Sequence record: SRR22947725_1091
Length of the DNA stretch: 41,917 nucleotides
Reading direction: 5' to 3' (one strand)
This document shows positions 38,034-41,917 of this stretch, one piece after another; position 1 is the first letter of the stretch, and every line of letters starts with the position of its first letter. The notes beneath the pieces were generated by a model. It did no database searches and was not told where the DNA came from. It saw nothing but the letters and a program-made list of their open reading frames with translations. The position numbers were made by a program, and so were the translations under genes.

Positions 38034-38588
38034 ATGTCAATGATAAATAAAGGCTTGAGCTTGGTAGCGATATCCTTACTGCTTGTCGTGGGAGGATGCG
38101 CCAGTACGAGTCAGCCAGCGGCTGAAGCCGTTGTTGAAGCACCGGTAGAAACCCAAGCGGTTGGGGAAGTGGTAGAAGTTGAACCTATCCAACCCATGGT
38201 TCAGGGCGGAAAGATAGTCCTGCCGAATGACCCTATGGATGCGTCAGCTGGCGCCAGTGCGTTGCAAGGCGTCTTTTACTTTGATTTTGACCAGGCGATC
38301 GTTCGTCGGGATGGACATGCGGAACTTGATCAGCATGCTGGCGTATTGGCCAATAATCCGCGGCTGATGGTTCGGCTTGAAGGTCATGCGGATGAGCGGG
38401 GTACTAGAGAGTACAATTTGGCACTGGGCGAGCGTCGAGCCAATGCCGTGCAATCTTATTTACTGTCTCAAGGTGCGTCCAGAAGCCAAATCGAAGTGGT
38501 GAGCTATGGTGAAGAAAAGCCTGCGATGAACGGACATGATCAAATGTCTTGGGAAAAGAATCGTCGGGTTGAGATCGTTTACCGATAA
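38034..38588 (+). CDS. pal: Peptidoglycan-associated lipoprotein
   Basis: ATG 38034 after AGGAG, lipobox VGGC, YFDFD, EGHADERGTREYNLALGERRA and SYGEEKP. Confidence 0.96.
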   Translation: MSMINKGLSLVAISLLLVVGGCASTSQPAAEAVVEAPVETQAVGEVVEVEPIQPMVQGGKIVLPNDPMDASAGASALQGVFYFDFDQAIVRRDGHAELDQHAGVLANNPRLMVRLEGHADERGTREYNLALGERRANAVQSYLLSQGASRSQIEVVSYGEEKPAMNGHDQMSWEKNRRVEIVYR

Positions 38589-38717
38589 TAATTTTGCGGG
38601 TTGTCGATGAGAACATTGGGAATCAGTGGCTCTTAGACAACCTCTGTGCTTTTGATGATGGCAGGTGAAAACAAAATGATCAGCACAGAGCTTATGTGTG
38701 ATGAGCCCCGACACTCA

Positions 38718-39590
38718 ATGATTAGGTTCTATCGAGCCAGTGTTGTTGTTTTTGCAATGATAGGCTTGCTGAGTGGGTCGGCTTTGAGTTTGTCGGCACC
38801 CATTGTCGTTGAATCTCGTTCGACAGAGCTCAAAGATCGTTTCCAAGAGCGGGTTGGAGCAGGTCAGGGCGCCGTCGAGGTGCCGGTCGACACCTTGCCG
38901 ATCGAAATTGAGCCCATGGCAATCGAGGGGGGTGCGGCATCTTTGTCTCCCATCGATTTGACCTACCAAATGCAAGTGCTTCAGCAAGAAGTGATGAGCC
39001 TTCGTGGTTTGGTTGAACAATTAAGTCATGACATTCAAAAATCTAAAAGTATTCAGGAAGATCGCTATTTAGAGCTCGATCGCAGGTTGCAGAACCAGCC
39101 TGCGTCGCGTCAAGCAGCGGCTGTTGTTCCTAACATAGCAAGTGTTCCTGCTGACCTCACGTCGTCTGAGGATACGCAAGCGCCAACCGTGGCCGATGAG
39201 CTTAAGTCAGAGCAGTCCTATTACGATGAGGGGCTAACCTCGATTCGAGCGCGTGATTATGATCAAGCCATTGCGTCATTGAGGTCGGTCATTGAGCATT
39301 ATCCCATTGGGGTGTATGCACCGAACGCCTATTATTGGATTGGAGAAGTGCATGCCGCCAAGCCTGAGCCTGATTATGAGGCTGCCCGGCAAGCGTTGGT
39401 GCAGGTTATTAAAAGTTATCCTGCCAGTAATAAAGTGCCGGACGCTGCGTTCAAGGTAGGCAAGGTCTACCATCTCATGGGAGATTGCCCGCGAGCCAAA
39501 TCGGCCCTCAGTGATGTTGCAGAGACTTATCCAACGAAGTCTGCGGGCAAGCTTGCAGAACGGTATCTGCTCGATCAAATTGACTGTTAG
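38718..39590 (+). CDS. cpoB: CpoB (YbgF) TPR protein (start uncertain, 38646-38718)
   Basis: LQQEVMSLRGLVEQ coiled coil, QEDRYLELDRRL, APNAYYWIGE and KVPDAAFK. Confidence 0.92.
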   Translation: MIRFYRASVVVFAMIGLLSGSALSLSAPIVVESRSTELKDRFQERVGAGQGAVEVPVDTLPIEIEPMAIEGGAASLSPIDLTYQMQVLQQEVMSLRGLVEQLSHDIQKSKSIQEDRYLELDRRLQNQPASRQAAAVVPNIASVPADLTSSEDTQAPTVADELKSEQSYYDEGLTSIRARDYDQAIASLRSVIEHYPIGVYAPNAYYWIGEVHAAKPEPDYEAARQALVQVIKSYPASNKVPDAAFKVGKVYHLMGDCPRAKSALSDVAETYPTKSAGKLAERYLLDQIDC

Positions 39591-39612
39591 TTGTAATCGG
39601 ACGAGATGATTC

Positions 39613-40260
39613 ATGGCCGAACGATTGCGCGTAACGGAAATATTTTATTCTTTGCAAGGCGAAGCTAGGACCGCTGGTAGGCCAACGATCTTCATTCGAT
39701 TGACCGGTTGTCCTTTGCGATGTGTTTACTGTGACACCGCTTATGCCTTTCAGGGTGGCGACTCGTTATCCATACCCGAGATTTTGGCCCAGGCAGATGC
39801 CTTTCCCACGCAGTATGTCACCGTGACCGGAGGTGAGCCCTTAGCCCAGCCTCAATGCTTGGTGTTGTTGGAAGCGCTGGTTGCAAAGGGCTATCTTGTG
39901 TCGCTTGAGACCAGTGGCGCCTTATCCATCGATGGTGTTGATCCATCGGTTTCGATCGTGCTCGATTTGAAAACGCCGGGTTCGGGCGAGGCGCATCGCA
40001 ACCTCGAGGATAATATCCCCAAGTTGAAGTTCGAAGATCAGGTCAAGTTTGTGATCACAGACCGCGCTGACTATGAATGGTCTCGGTTTAAAATCGATAC
40101 CTTGCAATTGAATGAACGGGTTGGTGACGTCTTATTCTCGCCCGTTTACGAAGTCCTTGAACCTTTGGTCCTTGCAGACTGGGTGTTGGCCGATGGTCTG
40201 AATGTTCGGATGCAAATTCAATTGCATAAAGTGCTTTGGGGGGACAAGCCTGGTGTCTGA
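39613..40260 (+). CDS. queE: 7-carboxy-7-deazaguanine synthase (radical SAM)
   Basis: [25 protein letters not shown] and QLHK. Confidence 0.96.
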   Translation: MAERLRVTEIFYSLQGEARTAGRPTIFIRLTGCPLRCVYCDTAYAFQGGDSLSIPEILAQADAFPTQYVTVTGGEPLAQPQCLVLLEALVAKGYLVSLETSGALSIDGVDPSVSIVLDLKTPGSGEAHRNLEDNIPKLKFEDQVKFVITDRADYEWSRFKIDTLQLNERVGDVLFSPVYEVLEPLVLADWVLADGLNVRMQIQLHKVLWGDKPGV

Positions 40261-40951
40261 TCAAAAAAAAGCCGTCATTCTGTTGTCCGGTGGACTTGAT
40301 TCGGCAACGGTGCTTGCTGGCGCCATTGCGGATGGTTTTCAATGCTATTGCATGAGCTTTGATTATGGGCAGCGACACAAGACCGAATTGGCGTTTGCTG
40401 CTGGGATTGCCAGTCGTCTCGGTGCGGCTGAGCATCGTGTGACGACCATCGACTTGACGGCTTTTGGTGGCTCTGCACTGACGGACGCGCGCCTTTCAGT
40501 GCCCGCGTTCGATGAGAGCGATTTAGCTATACCGATTACCTATGTCCCTGCCAGGAATACCATTTTTTTATCCTATGCGTTGGCGTGGGCAGAAGTGCTT
40601 GGCGCCCTAGACGTGTTTGTTGGCGTAAACGCTGTGGATTATTCCGGCTACCCAGATTGTCGGCCGGAATATATTGAGGCCTTCGAGGCGATGGCAAACC
40701 TTGCAACCCGGCGGGGCGTTGAAGGAGAGTTTCTGAGTATTCACGCGCCGTTAATCGCTTTATCGAAAGGCGAAATTATCTTAAAGGGTCATGCGCTTGG
40801 CGTTGACTATGGCCAAACGGTCTCCTGTTATCAGCTTGATGAGCAGGGTGCAGCCTGCGGGGCTTGCGATAGTTGTGTTTTGAGACGGGCCGGATTCGTT
40901 GAGGCTGGATGGCCCGATCCGACACGGTATCAGGTAACCGACTCCGGATGA
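40253..40951 (+). CDS. queC: 7-cyano-7-deazaguanine synthase
   Basis: [21 protein letters not shown] and SCY...CGACDSC. Likely start GTG 40253. Confidence 0.96.
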   Translation: MSDQKKAVILLSGGLDSATVLAGAIADGFQCYCMSFDYGQRHKTELAFAAGIASRLGAAEHRVTTIDLTAFGGSALTDARLSVPAFDESDLAIPITYVPARNTIFLSYALAWAEVLGALDVFVGVNAVDYSGYPDCRPEYIEAFEAMANLATRRGVEGEFLSIHAPLIALSKGEIILKGHALGVDYGQTVSCYQLDEQGAACGACDSCVLRRAGFVEAGWPDPTRYQVTDSG

Positions 40952-41460
40952 TGTCCTATGCCCAGGAGTTTGCTGCTTGGGCGTCTAAGAACCCGGATTA
41001 TGCGCTCGTTGGGTTAGCACTCCTTGGGTTTGCAGAGGCCTGCCCAGGGATCGGCTTGTTTGTCAGTGGCGCAGTCCTTTTGTCGTTGGCAAGTGTGATC
41101 TATGTTCAAGGTTTACTAACCTTACCGGAAATCGTTTTAGCCGCCATGGTGGGTGCGTTTCTGGCGGACCAATTTGGGTTCCATCTGGGCCGCTCGTTTG
41201 GTGATCGCTTACTGCAATCGCGTTGGGCTCAAACAAAGGCTGTTGCGGTCTCGCGGGCTCAGAATTTCCTGATTCGTTTTGGCGCCTATGCGGTTCTTTT
41301 GGGAAGACTCCTCACCATGATCCGAAGTTTAGTGCCGATGCTAATGGGTGTGAGCGGATTCTCGCCTTGGACCTTTTTGTGGTTGGATCTATTGGCCTGC
41401 AGCATTTGGGGCGCGGGGCTTGCTGGCTTAGTGCTCGGCGCAGAGGCTTTGTTTGGTTAG
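40948..41460 (+). CDS. DedA-family membrane protein
   Basis: FAEA...[20 protein letters not shown] and [16 protein letters not shown] overlap with queC. Confidence 0.85.
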   Translation: MMSYAQEFAAWASKNPDYALVGLALLGFAEACPGIGLFVSGAVLLSLASVIYVQGLLTLPEIVLAAMVGAFLADQFGFHLGRSFGDRLLQSRWAQTKAVAVSRAQNFLIRFGAYAVLLGRLLTMIRSLVPMLMGVSGFSPWTFLWLDLLACSIWGAGLAGLVLGAEALFG

Positions 41461-41809
41461 TCGGGGTCTCTGTGAAGGATGCATTTGATGGGTATTGATT
41501 GAGTCGTCTGCGGGCCTAGCCTTTAAATTTGGTTTTAGGTTTGAAAAATTTCAAGAATACGCATCAAGACCGGCACTGATCAGCCTATTGGTTCAGCCGC
41601 TGTTTTTTAAAGGCCGCGACGGCGATCTGCCGGAATGCCATCATTTTGTTCAACGACCGATTGTGGGAAACGTGCCGAATTGGGTCCGTGGACCTGGTGC
41701 TTAACGCCAACCCACGCGCAATCAGTAGCCGAAGACAATGACCACCCGTTGGGTTCGGTTGTGCAAAAGGGTATTGGGCTACGTTGGGGTTGGGTTCGAA
41801 GGGCTTCGG

Positions 41810-41851
41810 AAAAAAATAAGGGGTTGAGCAGTAAACACTACTCAACCCCTT
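41810..41851 (-). terminator. Rho-independent terminator downstream of tRNA-Lys
   Basis: Minus strand reads AAGGGGUUGAGUAG-UGUUUA-CUGCUCAACCCCUU followed by AUUUUUUU. Confidence 0.88.
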
Positions 41852-41857
41852 CTCGCT

Positions 41858-41917
41858 TGGTGGGCCGTCCGCGACTCGAACGCGGGACCAATTGGTTAAA
41901 AGCCAACTGCTCTACCA
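41858..41917 (-). tRNA. tRNA-Lys (UUU), 5' end truncated by the window
   Basis: Minus strand TGGTAGAGCA-GTTGG-CTTTTAA-CCAAT-TGGTC-CCGCG-TTCGAGT-CGCGG-ACGGCCC-ACCA: D-arm end, TTT anticodon, T-arm and encoded CCA. Confidence 0.96.

Noticed and set aside
1-41917. Mobile elements, prophage, CRISPR or defence systems
   Set aside because: No transposase, integrase, cas, phage or toxin-antitoxin genes and no spaced direct-repeat array were recognised. queE and queC sit in their usual housekeeping context, with no dpd-type DNA-modification genes nearby.

Overview
About 42 kb of gammaproteobacterial chromosome. Gene order and protein types look Pseudomonadales/Cellvibrionales-like; this is inference, as no marker gene was aligned. 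The right third is a conserved core block: proS, HU-like protein, fmdB-type zinc ribbon, aspS, yebC, ruvCAB, tolQRAB, pal, cpoB, queE, queC, dedA and a truncated tRNA-Lys. The left two-thirds is metabolic: a GT4 glycosyltransferase plus methyltransferase pair resembling mycobacterial methylmannose-polysaccharide enzymes ManT/MeT1, metR, tauD, a TRAP transporter, and a solo amtB with a sigma54 promoter. It also holds a long minus-strand run (esterase, miaE, unknown GT-like protein, argC, aminotransferase, rhlB, cupin, DUF2237, halohydrin dehalogenase, GNAT) and an acyl-CoA operon. I saw no transposase, integrase, prophage or CRISPR array. The most unusual signal is an unannotated ~190-nt minus-strand transcription unit (~3306->3119). 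It has its own sigma70-like promoter and terminator, and carries a 14-nt perfect complement of the 16S rRNA 3' end, flanked by two anti-SD elements and lacking a properly spaced AUG. All family calls come from motif recognition by eye; no searches were run.
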